Assembly (NCBI GenBank): GCA_963705165.1
Contig: CAVPJD010000032.1
Location: 13,754 to 77,753, forward strand
Direction: 5' to 3'
Length of the DNA: 64,000 nucleotides
Source of the DNA: an uncultured delta proteobacterium
Lineage (GTDB): Bacteria; Desulfobacterota; Syntrophia; Syntrophales; UBA2192
A program made the position numbers and the translations under genes. Shown piece by piece: positions 1-10,174 of the stretch; the first letter of the stretch is position 1, and every line of letters starts with the position of its first letter. The notes beneath the pieces were generated by a model that saw nothing but the letters and a program-made list of their open reading frames with translations, was not told where the DNA came from and did not search any database.

Positions 1-98
1 GATTTGTCACGTAAGCATCTTACGCATCTTTTTTTATTGTAAATCATGCATAAATATAAACGGTTACATGCGGACTGTACTGAGAGCGTTGAAATCCA

Positions 99-114
99 TG
101 GCACAATATATGTA
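99..114 (+). promoter_or_regulatory. Possible sigma-54 -24/-12 promoter
   Basis: TGGCACAATATATGTA; good -24, imperfect -12; upstream of the damaged PEP-CTERM gene. Confidence 0.4.
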
Positions 115-192
115 ATTAAACCAGAGTCAGGAAGATATGAGAAGTTTGTCATGCCTGTATGCAGGAAGCCGGAGAAAATGGAGGAGATGGAA

Positions 193-821
193 ATGAAATA
201 AGAAATTCACACTGTTTTTGGTAACGTTGGCAATGGTGTCTGGTGCCGGCATTTGCAGCTCCAGCGCATCCAGCAAGATCTACAACAGATTAGCCAGCTC
301 ATCGGACAGCTTGCCGGACCGTTACATCGACTAGTGTGTAGAAGTTTCGAAGAAATTGCATGACAATGCAGTCGGACGAATCATCTGGTATTGAACCACT
401 ACAACCGACGCCGGTGTGTTCCGAGCATACAGTGGCGAAACTGAAGTACTGAGCAGTCCAGGCATGTACGCTACTTGATTGTCCATGAGTTGGCGAGCGT
501 TCGTGCATGGGATGCAGGATGGTGTTCACTTCGTCATCCGAGGTGGAACATGAGCACGTGACGATTCCCATTGAACACCGATATGGTGACAGCCGATTCG
601 GCGAGATCGCAATAATCCATATGCTGAATTCTGTCGATGCTTCGACGATAGCCAGCATACTGTTAGCTCCGTAATTCTGCTGACAGTCGAGTCCAGGAAA
701 CTATTCGAGACCTGACTGAACGTTGATCTGCATATACGCGTGTACCTGAGACCGTGCCACCGATGATGCTTTTTGGCTCTGGGTCTGCTTGGGCTCGGTA
801 TTGCAAGTGAGGAAAAAATAA
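193..821 (+). pseudogene. Indel-riddled PEP-CTERM sorting-domain protein gene (pseudogene or low-quality sequence)
   Basis: After GGAGG, removing single extra bases gives a signal peptide (M.KKFTLFLVTLAMVLVPAFAAP). From 742 the same correction gives VPEPATMMLFGLGLLGLGIARRKK-stop. Not in the ORF track. Confidence 0.7.
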
Positions 822-856
822 CCAGAGTATTTAACACGATACAGACAGAAACTTTT

Positions 857-888
857 AAACGCCTGCTGAATTCAGCAGGCGTTTTTTT
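857..888. terminator. Rho-independent terminator, possibly bidirectional
   Basis: AAACGCCTGCTGAATTCAGCAGGCGTTTTTTT perfect inverted repeat between convergent genes. Confidence 0.75.
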
Positions 889-924
889 GTGTATCACAGA
901 CTGAGAAACCGTACATTTTACAGT

Positions 925-1281
925 TCAGTCTTCCGGATTCAGCTCCACACCCATCTCCGAGGCGAGTTTCTGCAGGGCTTCGCGGGGCATGCTGTCGCGG
1001 AGGTCTTCGATGTCGATCTGCATGACCTCGCAGAAGGCGTGGACGAAGGACTCGTACATGAGGATCAGGTTGTTGACGCCGCAGTCTTCCAGCCCCGATT
1101 TCATCCCTTCCTCGAGGGTCATCACGATGAAATCGTCTTCGGCAAGGCCGAGGGAGGACTTCCGGATCTGTTCGAGGTACTTCACGGGCTCGATGGAATC
1201 GTTGGCTAACATCCAGTTGAGCTGCAGGCAGATCAGGTAGCAGTATTCCGCCCGTTCACAGACCTCTTTTTCCGTGAGCAT
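925..1281 (-). CDS. Hypothetical acidic protein (~118 aa), likely co-transcribed with YcaO
   Basis: ORF MLTEKEVCERAEYC... with AAGGGG RBS; starts 13 nt after the YcaO stop; host-like codon usage. Confidence 0.7.
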   Translation of the reverse strand: MLTEKEVCERAEYCYLICLQLNWMLANDSIEPVKYLEQIRKSSLGLAEDDFIVMTLEEGMKSGLEDCGVNNLILMYESFVHAFCEVMQIDIEDLRDSMPREALQKLASEMGVELNPED

Positions 1282-1294
1282 GCCTTGTCCCCTT

Positions 1295-2500
1295 TTACAC
1301 GGTGTTGTAGAGACGATCGCCCTTGCGCGTCCGGTCGAAGCAGTAGGCATCCGTGCCCGGGATGATCACGCGCACCGTGGGGATGCCCGTCTCCGGCCTC
1401 GTCAGGTCAACGGCGATCACTTTATCCAGGCCTCGCTCCCGAAGCCTCCCGACGCAGGCATTCAGGTCCTCGGTGATGTCGTTGCTGTATCCGATTTCCA
1501 TGTCGGTGAGGTTCTTGATGCTCCGGACGACGAAACGCGGGTTGTCTCTCGATTCGTCGTGGGTGAGATAAAGGGGGCTGGTGTCACGAAGCCCGTCAGC
1601 GCCGCTCTTGACGAGGAAGAGCGCCCGCGTGGTTGCCATCTCCATGAGAGCCCTTCCCATGGCTACCTTCGGGTCCGTGTGGGAGCCGAACCCCTCGATC
1701 GGCAGCGTGTCGCCGTGCCGCACATCCTTGCAGAATGCCGCCACGACCGGTATGCCGATGTCGGAGGTGATGTCGCGGGAAACAATCTCGATCCCGGCTT
1801 CCTCGAATTTCCGGGCGATGTCGATCAGGAACTGCTGGTCGGGCTTGTTCTCGAGGACTACCGGCTCGCCGTAATTGCGGGTGTACTTGGCGATGCTCCA
1901 GGCGTCGCGCTCGACGATCTCCGTGAGGGCGTGGAAGACGGCCTCCTCGATCGTGTTGCCCGATGCGAGGCCGTTTGTGTGGGAGCCGTAGAGGAGCCCC
2001 TCGTCGCGGTGGAAGGGGTGATAGACCTCTTTTGCCGGGATGAGGATTTCCTGATCGTTTGCGATATCGTGTCCCCAGGTCCAGTGCAGGTCCTTGTCGG
2101 GCCCGTAATCGCTGAACTGCGACAGGATGAGCGCGGCGGGGTCGAGGGTGTTGTGCTTTTTTTGCAGGGTGTTGAAGCTTCCGACGATGAGCCGGTCGGC
2201 CCACTCCTCGCGGAACTCGGAGGAGTAGCGCTCGATCGATTCAAAGGTGAGGGAGCACTGGGCCTGGATCGCCGAGACGCCTTTGCCCGTGTGGAAGGTC
2301 TTCGATTCATCGGGCCGGAGGCGCCAGCAGGTGTATACGGGGATGCCGATACGGTCGAGTCCGGTTGCGTCGCGGAAGTCTCTCATCCCGAGGAGATCCC
2401 GCATGCCCTCGACGAAGTGCAGCGTGTCCTCGGGAAACTTCGAGCGGTGTGTATCGTGGATGTAAACCTTCGGGCAACTCTTGAACTTGATTGCTGACAT
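1295..2500 (-). CDS. YcaO-family ATP-dependent amide-activating enzyme, resembling thioamide-forming/methanogenesis marker 1 type
   Basis: TGLDRIGIPV, GKG..S...ESIERYS, TNGLASGNT.EEA..HAL.E..ERDA, DLTRPETGIPTVRVIIPG; no C-terminal PxP. Confidence 0.88.
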   Translation of the reverse strand: MSAIKFKSCPKVYIHDTHRSKFPEDTLHFVEGMRDLLGMRDFRDATGLDRIGIPVYTCWRLRPDESKTFHTGKGVSAIQAQCSLTFESIERYSSEFREEWADRLIVGSFNTLQKKHNTLDPAALILSQFSDYGPDKDLHWTWGHDIANDQEILIPAKEVYHPFHRDEGLLYGSHTNGLASGNTIEEAVFHALTEIVERDAWSIAKYTRNYGEPVVLENKPDQQFLIDIARKFEEAGIEIVSRDITSDIGIPVVAAFCKDVRHGDTLPIEGFGSHTDPKVAMGRALMEMATTRALFLVKSGADGLRDTSPLYLTHDESRDNPRFVVRSIKNLTDMEIGYSNDITEDLNACVGRLRERGLDKVIAVDLTRPETGIPTVRVIIPGTDAYCFDRTRKGDRLYNTV

Positions 2501-2768
2501 GGCCCCCCCTGCCGTCGGAAACTGGTGTAATGAACGATATTTCCCAACCAAAAGTCAATGAAAAAGAGAGATTAGAGGTAACTGAGGTAACGAGGTAGCA
2601 GAAGTGCCCCTATGATCGAATTCCCTGACGTGCACCTGCGATGCACCTCAGTATGCTCCATGGAATAAGACCGTGTTTTATCGGCAGGTCATGCTGCGGG
2701 TATCGCGCGACAAGCCTCTCCCCAGGAGGGGGGGAGAGGGCAATCAAGGAAAGGAGAGGTAGTTGGGA

Positions 2769-3440
2769 CTAAAGATTCTTTGCGGCCCAGAGCGCAGCCT
2801 GGAGCCGGTTGGGGACTTTGATTTTCTTGAAGATGTTGTAGATGTGCGTTTTCACGGTGTGGGGGCTGATGCAGATCCGGGCGGCGATCTCCTCGTTCGT
2901 GGCCCCGGAGACGACCATGCTGAGGATCTCGAGCTCGCGCTGCGTCAGGAAGATCACTTCCTTCTTGGAGGGCTCGCCGGGTGCGCGTTGCGACTGGATG
3001 CACTTGGCCATGATGTCGCGGGAAAGCCACATCTCGCCTTTGAAAAGGGTCTGGATGCCCTTCATCATCTGATCGAGGGAATCCGTGTCATAGAAGAACC
3101 CCCGGATGCCCCACGAGACGGCCCTTTCCTCGATGCCAAGACCGGGCCTGACGTTGAAGAGGGCGACCATGGACTTCGAGAGGATCCGCCTTCCCGCCAC
3201 GGCCAGTGCCATGAAGTACTTCACGGGGTCGCGCTCGGGGCAGTCAAGGAGAACCAGTGAGGTGTGCTCGGGTTCCTGCGGATTGACGGAGATTGCGCCG
3301 GGATCGGAAACGATTTTGCATATAACCCCGGTACTGGCGGTCAGATAGTTGGCCATCAGATCGCACTGCAGTTTTCTGGCACTGACGATCTGGATCGTTC
3401 TCTTGCTCAGCGAGTCCGCTTTTGCTGTCTTGCTTTTCAT
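2769..3440 (-). CDS. LuxR/CsgD-like transcriptional regulator (atypical receiver + LuxR HTH)
   Basis: C-terminal LTQRELEIL...GATNEEIA...ISPHTVKTHIYNIFKKIKVPNRLQAALWA. Confidence 0.9.
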   Translation of the reverse strand: MKSKTAKADSLSKRTIQIVSARKLQCDLMANYLTASTGVICKIVSDPGAISVNPQEPEHTSLVLLDCPERDPVKYFMALAVAGRRILSKSMVALFNVRPGLGIEERAVSWGIRGFFYDTDSLDQMMKGIQTLFKGEMWLSRDIMAKCIQSQRAPGEPSKKEVIFLTQRELEILSMVVSGATNEEIAARICISPHTVKTHIYNIFKKIKVPNRLQAALWAAKNL

Positions 3441-3638
3441 GGCGCCCGATGCTGATTAGGACCTGATTAAAAAAAACTAATACTCTGGTAGTAGGACTAG
3501 CATTTTCCGTTCCACTTGATAGAACATAAGCCATAATTATATATTAATGTATGATTACTTATACTTGAACTCTATCCGGAACGGTTTTCAGACGGCGGGG
3601 AGGCTGGACAGTTATTTGACGGACAGGGGGAGAAGGAA

Positions 3639-3800
3639 GTGGTTTGTGGCTCGTGGCTAGTGACCAGTGAAGAGGAAAGTGCCTGAGTGACAGGAAGTGC
3701 CGGAGTGCCTGAGTGAAGAGAAAAAGGGATTCGGGATTCCGGCTTCGGGATAAAAGGGGGATTTTCTTTCACTGGTCACTAGCCACTGATCACTAGTCAC
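3639..3800. repeat. Inverted GTGRCYA-heptamer array enclosing AGTGCCTG octamer and GGGATTC heptamer arrays
   Basis: 3653-3671 GTGGCTAGTGACCAGTGAA is the perfect reverse complement of 3768-3786. Confidence 0.85.
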
Positions 3801-3815
3801 AGGAGCGAAGCGACC

Positions 3816-4157
3816 TCACCCAACGCCCCATGCCTTGGCCGGGATCGGGGCGATGACGTAATCTTCGCTGAAACAGATGGCCATCCCGCCAATCTGGCAG
3901 CGCATGACGGTCCCGATTATTCGGATACGCGCGTTTCGCGGGTTTTTGAGCTTACGCTGGCTATCGTATGAGAGACGCAGTTCGAGCCGCACTTTCGTGC
4001 CTTCCGACAGGATGGCGTCCGTGCGAAAATAGGCGCCGCCGGCGGATACGTTTACCGTTTTGAGGGAGATTTTTCTCTTTGCCGCGGTTCTCGCCAGGGT
4101 CTCGACTGCCGCCGGGACCACGAGATCGTAACGCTCGTATTTCCTTCTCTCAACCAT
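3816..4157 (-). CDS. PilZ-domain protein
   Basis: ERRKYER (RxxxR) and NVSAGG (D/NxSxxG) c-di-GMP-binding motifs. Confidence 0.85.
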   Translation of the reverse strand: MVERRKYERYDLVVPAAVETLARTAAKRKISLKTVNVSAGGAYFRTDAILSEGTKVRLELRLSYDSQRKLKNPRNARIRIIGTVMRCQIGGMAICFSEDYVIAPIPAKAWGVG

Positions 4158-4450
4158 AAGGGTTCTCTCTCGATATCGTGTATGGAGGCAGTCTATCGCG
4201 TAGGGGACGAAAAACAAGCCGGAAAAAAGTATGAATTTGTCTAAGAAAATATCATGAGAAAAACAGGGAAAAGTAATCGTTTAAGGATTAGATGAAAAAA
4301 AAGCAAAACGAGAAAGGATTTCAATATACGAGTACTTGTGCTATTCTCTCGGCGCCGCAAGTTATTGACAGCAGTGACTAATGTGACCAGCGTGACAAAT
4401 GTTACCAAATCATACGATCAGGGTGCGGAGAGTACATGCTGCTTTGCAGC

Positions 4451-4549
4451 AGCCGACAGCCAGCAGCCCACAGCCGACAGCCAAAAGCAAAAACGAATAA
4501 GTCTATACTGATTCTTCACTGTAGGCTGTTGGCTGTAGACTGTAGGCTT
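4451..4549 (+). repeat. ACAGCCR/CTGTAGR inverted heptamer element
   Basis: AGCCGAC-type left arm, spacer, CTGTAGG-type right arm. Confidence 0.85.
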
Positions 4550-4591
4550 TTTGCAAGTGTAGGGACAAGCGCGATAGGACCATAGACAAGA

Positions 4592-6112
4592 ATGGAGAAT
4601 CGGATGAAAGTTGACGTAAAAAAGGGCAGTCCGGCTGCGTTTCGCGGTGAGGCGATTGTGGTCTGTCATTTCGAAGATTCCCGGAAACTCGAAGGGGCGG
4701 CGCTTCAGCTGGAACGCAGCTCGGGCGGGCTTCTGGGCGAGGTGATCAAAAGCGGGGACTTCACCGGAAAGCTTGCCCAGGTGTCCGTGATCTACACGCG
4801 GGGCGCTCTGCCGGCGCGGCGAGTGCTGCTGCTGGGCCTTGGAAAGAAAAAGGAATTCGACCCGGAGAAGCTGCGAAGGGCCTTCTCGAAGGCCGCCCGG
4901 GCCATCCGCGAGCTGGGCATTCCCGGGTTTGCCGCCTCCCTGGATTCGGTGGACGGGCCGCGCAGCCTGGAAGACCTGACGGAAGCGGCCGTGGAGGGCG
5001 TGCTTCTCGGGCTCTATCGGTTCACGCACTTCAAGACGCCTGATAAAAAAGAGGAGCGAAACGTCAAGGCCTTCACACTTCTTGCGGCAGGCGACGGCGA
5101 GGTCCGACGGATGAAGGCCGCGGCACAAAGGGCCGAGATCGTTTCAAAGGCCGTCTGCTACGCCAGGGATCTCGTATCGACGCCCTCCAACGAGATGACG
5201 CCCACCGATATGGCCCGCAGGGCGAAGGACGCCGCGGCATCTTCGAAGGTACGTCTGACCGTCCTCGACAACGGCAAGATGGAAAAACTGGGGATGAATG
5301 CGCTTCTCTCCGTGGCCCGGGGCAGCATGGAGCCGGCCCGGTTCATCATTCTCGAATACGAGGGGGGCAGCCGAAGTGAAAGGCCTTACGTGATCGTCGG
5401 GAAAGGCATCACCTTCGACAGCGGCGGGATCTCCCTGAAACCCCCCGACAAGATGGAGGAGATGAAGGCCGACATGTCAGGCGGGGCTGCCGTGCTCGCC
5501 GTGATCAAGGCCGCCGCGGAGTTGAGGATTCCTCTGAACCTCGTGGGGCTCGTCCCCGCCACCGAGAATCTTCCGGGCGGGCGGGCCTACAAGCCCGGCG
5601 ATGTACTGCGCTCCATGTCCGGACAGACGATCGAGGTGATCAGCACCGACGCCGAGGGGCGGCTCATCCTGGCTGACGCCCTGACCTATGCGGCACGATT
5701 CAAGCCGAAGGCCATCATCGACATGGCCACCCTGACGGGGGCCTGCATCATTGCGCTCGGCGATGATGTCATCGGCATGATGGGAACCGATGACGGTCTG
5801 AAAAACGATCTGCGCCGCGCCGCCACGGAAACCGGCGAGAAGCTCTGGGAGCTTCCCATCTGGGACGACTACGCCGAACTGATCAAGAGCGATGTGGCCG
5901 ACATGAAAAACACGGGCGGTCGGGCCGGCGGGGCCATCACGGCGGCCGTCTTCCTGGGCAAGTTCGTGGGGAAGATTCCCTGGGTGCACCTGGACATCGC
6001 GGGGCCGGCCTGGCTGAGCAAGGAAAGGCACTACATCCCCCGGGGCGCCTCGGCGGTGGGCGTGCGCCTCCTGGTGCGGTTTCTGCGGGACAGGGCCTCC
6101 GTGAAGAAGTGA
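4592..6112 (+). CDS. pepA: Leucyl aminopeptidase (M17)
   Basis: VGKGITFDSGGISLK, MKADMSGGA, STDAEGRLILAD, WVHLDIAG; start may be 4604. Confidence 0.95.
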   Translation: MENRMKVDVKKGSPAAFRGEAIVVCHFEDSRKLEGAALQLERSSGGLLGEVIKSGDFTGKLAQVSVIYTRGALPARRVLLLGLGKKKEFDPEKLRRAFSKAARAIRELGIPGFAASLDSVDGPRSLEDLTEAAVEGVLLGLYRFTHFKTPDKKEERNVKAFTLLAAGDGEVRRMKAAAQRAEIVSKAVCYARDLVSTPSNEMTPTDMARRAKDAAASSKVRLTVLDNGKMEKLGMNALLSVARGSMEPARFIILEYEGGSRSERPYVIVGKGITFDSGGISLKPPDKMEEMKADMSGGAAVLAVIKAAAELRIPLNLVGLVPATENLPGGRAYKPGDVLRSMSGQTIEVISTDAEGRLILADALTYAARFKPKAIIDMATLTGACIIALGDDVIGMMGTDDGLKNDLRRAATETGEKLWELPIWDDYAELIKSDVADMKNTGGRAGGAITAAVFLGKFVGKIPWVHLDIAGPAWLSKERHYIPRGASAVGVRLLVRFLRDRASVKK

Positions 6113-6228
6113 CTAGTGGCAGTGACCAGTGACCAGTGGACAAGCAGAGAAGAAGTGTTACGTGTCATGTGTTATGTGAAGAAAAGAAGTGTCTGAGTGC
6201 CTGAGTGTCTAAGTGTCTGAGTGAAGAG
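6109..6228 (+). repeat. Three consecutive tandem arrays (GTGACCA, GTGTYAY, AGTGTCTG) starting at the pepA stop
   Basis: Direct reading of the sequence. Confidence 0.8.
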
Positions 6229-6244
6229 ATCATAAAAGAAAGCA

Positions 6245-6438
6245 GTCATTGCGAGCCGAGCCTCTTGCAACCCGCTTCCATTTAGTCTCCCTATCCCTTG
6301 AGGGGAGAGGGCCGGGGTGAGGGTGGATTTCGCGAGGCGTGGCAATCAACGTTTCAGATTCGGGAGTCCGGCCGCAGAATTAGAAAATAGGGAAATCGTA
6401 GATCGCCACGCCCTCGCCAGACTCGGGCTCGCAATGAC
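6245..6438. repeat. GTCATTGCGAG...CTCGCAATGAC palindromic element with a nested CCCTCTCCC/GGGAGAGG-type element
   Basis: Terminal 11-bp inverted repeat; internal CCCTATCCCTTGAGGGGAGAGGGCCGGGGTGAGGG. Confidence 0.8.
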
Positions 6439-6483
6439 TATTTTGCTTTAATCTTATACCCTGAACCCTGGACCCGAATTTAT

Positions 6484-7458
6484 ATGCCTCCGATCCTGCA
6501 AATCGAAAATCTCAGCACCCATTTCGAAACGGCCAGGGGCACTGTGCGGGCCGTTGACGGTGTGGACATTCGCCTCAACGAGGGCGACACTCTCGGCATC
6601 GCAGGCGAATCGGGCTGCGGCAAGACGGTCCTTGCCCTGTCCATCATGCGGCTGATCCCCAGGCCGCCCGGGCGCATCGTCTCGGGGCGGATTCTCTTCG
6701 AGGGAACGGACCTCCTGGCGCTCACGGACGAAGAGATGCGCCGCATTCGGGGCAAGCGGGTCTCCATGATATTCCAGGAGCCCATGACGTCGCTCAACCC
6801 CGTCTTCCGCATCGGCGACCAGATCGCCGAGGCTTTCGAGCTTCACGAGGGGCTGACGGCCAAAGATGCCCGGGACCGTGCCGTGGAGATGCTCCGCCTC
6901 GTCGGGATTCCGGCGCCCGAGATGCGTGCCCGCGACTATCCCCACCAGATGAGCGGAGGGATGCGGCAGCGCGTGATGATCGCCATGGCCCTGTCGTGCA
7001 GGCCGAGGCTCATGCTTGCCGACGAACCCACAACGGCCCTTGACGTGACGATCCAGGCGCAGATCCTCGATCTGATGCTGAAGCTCAAGCAGGAGGTCGG
7101 CACGTCGGTCATCCTGATCACGCACGACCTCGGGGTCATTGCCGAGGCCGCCCAGTATGCAGCCATCATGTACGCAGGGTGGGTAGTCGAGCACGGGCCC
7201 GTGGCGGCCATCTTTTCCTCACCGCTGCACCCCTACACGGCGGGGCTTATGAACTCCATCCCCCGGATCGGCTCGGGGCATTCCGGGCACCGCTACCTCA
7301 ATGTCATCCCCGGGACGATTCCGGATCTGCTGGAGCTTCCGTCGGGATGCAAGTTCCGGGACCGCTGTCCCCGCGTCATGCCCGTCTGCGCCGAGAAAAA
7401 ACCGGAGCTTCTCGAAAAGACGCCGGGGCATTTTGTGAGATGTTGGTTATGGGCGTAA
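6484..7458 (+). CDS. oppD: Oligopeptide/dipeptide ABC transporter ATP-binding protein
   Basis: [29 protein letters not shown]-terminal Cys motif. Confidence 0.9.
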   Translation: MPPILQIENLSTHFETARGTVRAVDGVDIRLNEGDTLGIAGESGCGKTVLALSIMRLIPRPPGRIVSGRILFEGTDLLALTDEEMRRIRGKRVSMIFQEPMTSLNPVFRIGDQIAEAFELHEGLTAKDARDRAVEMLRLVGIPAPEMRARDYPHQMSGGMRQRVMIAMALSCRPRLMLADEPTTALDVTIQAQILDLMLKLKQEVGTSVILITHDLGVIAEAAQYAAIMYAGWVVEHGPVAAIFSSPLHPYTAGLMNSIPRIGSGHSGHRYLNVIPGTIPDLLELPSGCKFRDRCPRVMPVCAEKKPELLEKTPGHFVRCWLWA

Positions 7459-7468
7459 GGCTAAAGAA

Positions 7469-7726
7469 GTGACTGAGTGTCTGAGTGTCTAAGTGTCTGA
7501 GTGAAGAAAAAGAGGGAAGGGATTCGGGCTTCCGGCTTCGGGACCAGAAAATAGAAACAATGAGTCATTGCGAGCCGAGCCTCGCGAGGCGCGGCAATCT
7601 ACGATTGAGAGAGATTGCGTCGTCGCTTTGCTCCTCGCAATGACCAAATGGACTCATTGACCAGATGGACCGGAAAGACGGGACAGACCGGATAGACTGA
7701 ACAGACGGAACAGACGAGAACAGACC
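7469..7726. repeat. Composite: AGTGTCTG octamer array, GTCATTGCGAG palindrome (7564-7644), AGACNGRAY nonamer array
   Basis: Fills the oppD-oppF junction. Confidence 0.8.
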
Positions 7727-7729
7727 CTC

Positions 7730-8698
<969 letters not shown>

Positions 8699-8768
8699 TC
8701 TTTTTCCCTTGCTTTTTCGATAATCCGTATCACATTATATCCATGCAAGTGATTTAAGGAGGTCCGCC

Positions 8769-9293
8769 ATGGCTTGCACGAGGTATCTTCTGCCGCTTCT
8801 GGCAGCGTTTATGATCCTCGTCGGGGGATGCGCGACCGGGACCGTCTACCTGCCGTTGAATCAGCTTCCCACCGATGAAACCCTCCACAGTGACCTGGGG
8901 GCGCAAAAGTTCAACGCCGTGCGCTTCGTGACCGTCGGTCCCACCACCAGCCAGAATATCGGTTACTTCCTCTACGGGGACAATGTTGAGGTCTCCATGT
9001 TGCCCGGTGTGCCCCTTGAGCGGATCAGCGGGAAGATGTCCCTGAGGGAAACCGTCGCCGACTATTTCAGCCTGTCGAAGTCCCTGGACAACAAGCGGAT
9101 CAGCCCGCCCATCATACGGGAGGCGCTCAGAGACAAGGATGTCGTCGGATATTCGGTGGCGGACATGAACATGGGCATCGGCGTCTGGGATCGCCCCGGA
9201 GCCGGCGACACGTCGAAGATCGCTCTCGAGCTGGTCTTCGAGCCGGCGGAGAGCGCCAAGAAATCCCGTTCCGTCTTCGCCCCTTGCCGATGA
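8769..9293 (+). CDS. Hypothetical lipoprotein
   Basis: AAGGAGG RBS; signal peptide ending LVGGC; paralog of the next ORF. Confidence 0.75.
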   Translation: MACTRYLLPLLAAFMILVGGCATGTVYLPLNQLPTDETLHSDLGAQKFNAVRFVTVGPTTSQNIGYFLYGDNVEVSMLPGVPLERISGKMSLRETVADYFSLSKSLDNKRISPPIIREALRDKDVVGYSVADMNMGIGVWDRPGAGDTSKIALELVFEPAESAKKSRSVFAPCR

Positions 9294-9336
9294 AGGTGCG
9301 CAGACGGGGCGACATGCCGCAATAAGGAGAAAGCCT

Positions 9337-9882
9337 ATGAATTTTGCAAGAACAAAATACCGGTTCAGAGCGACGGCAGCGGCCATGGCTGTCATCACGA
9401 TCGCCGTCATCGGCGCCTGCGCGTCGGGAAACATCCTGAATTGGAACCAGGTCGACAGCGCCGCCATGATGAAAAGCGATGCGGGAATGCAGAAACTCAA
9501 CACGGTCCGCTTTGAGACGTTCGGGCCCGATGCGGAGCAGCTGTTCGGTTACTTCCTGTACAAGGACGGTATCGAGGTGATCACCGGGGAAGGCATTCCG
9601 CAGAAGCGGCTCGGGAAGCTCACCCTCCGGGAAGTGATGGACGATTACGCCAGAGTCGTCAGGGAAAGGCAATTCACGAGCGGAAGCAATCTGATTGTCC
9701 GGGAGGTTCTCCGGGGCGACCTCGTTGTCGGGTATACGGCCCACGACCTCAACATGGACGTGCAGCTCTGGGACATCACGGCGGACAAGGACGCAAAAGT
9801 CGTCCTGCGGCTGGTGTACAGGGACTTGAGGAAGAAGGACGGCGGCGACATGCGGCGGAACATGCATCCGGCGGGACGGTAG
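9337..9882 (+). CDS. Hypothetical lipoprotein (paralog of 8769-9293)
   Basis: AAGGAG RBS; VIGAC lipobox-like; shared QK.N.VRF.T.GP...GYFLY.D..EV. Confidence 0.75.
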   Translation: MNFARTKYRFRATAAAMAVITIAVIGACASGNILNWNQVDSAAMMKSDAGMQKLNTVRFETFGPDAEQLFGYFLYKDGIEVITGEGIPQKRLGKLTLREVMDDYARVVRERQFTSGSNLIVREVLRGDLVVGYTAHDLNMDVQLWDITADKDAKVVLRLVYRDLRKKDGGDMRRNMHPAGR

Positions 9883-9883
9883 C

Positions 9884-10016
9884 GCCGCGAAGCGGCAGTG
9901 AAGAAAAAGTGTCTGAGTGTCTGAGTGAAGAGGTAACAGCCGACAGCCAACAGCCAACAGCCAACAGCCAACAGCCTAACAGTCTGCTGTCGCGCTGTAG
10001 ACTGTAGGCTGTCGGC
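9884..10016 (+). repeat. GCCGCGAAGCGGC mini-hairpin, AGTGTCTG octamers and ACAGCCA inverted heptamer element
   Basis: Starts right after the 9882 stop. Confidence 0.8.
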
Positions 10017-10022
10017 TTCTTC

Positions 10023-10070
10023 TCACAGCTCCCTTGCCGCAAAGAACGCCTCATGAACCGCCTCATAGGC
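10023..10070 (-). pseudogene. Displaced duplicate 3' end of the FadH-like gene
   Basis: Encodes AYEAVHEAFFAAREL*, versus AYEAVHEAFFEAIKL* at 10175-10222. Confidence 0.8.
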
Positions 10071-10174
10071 CTATCGGCAACCGGTCTTCTGACCGTAACC
10101 CCTGATCTCCCTCTCCCCTCCGAGGGAGAGGGTCGGGGTGAGGGGGAATGATCCCGCTTCCTCCAGTAATTTTG

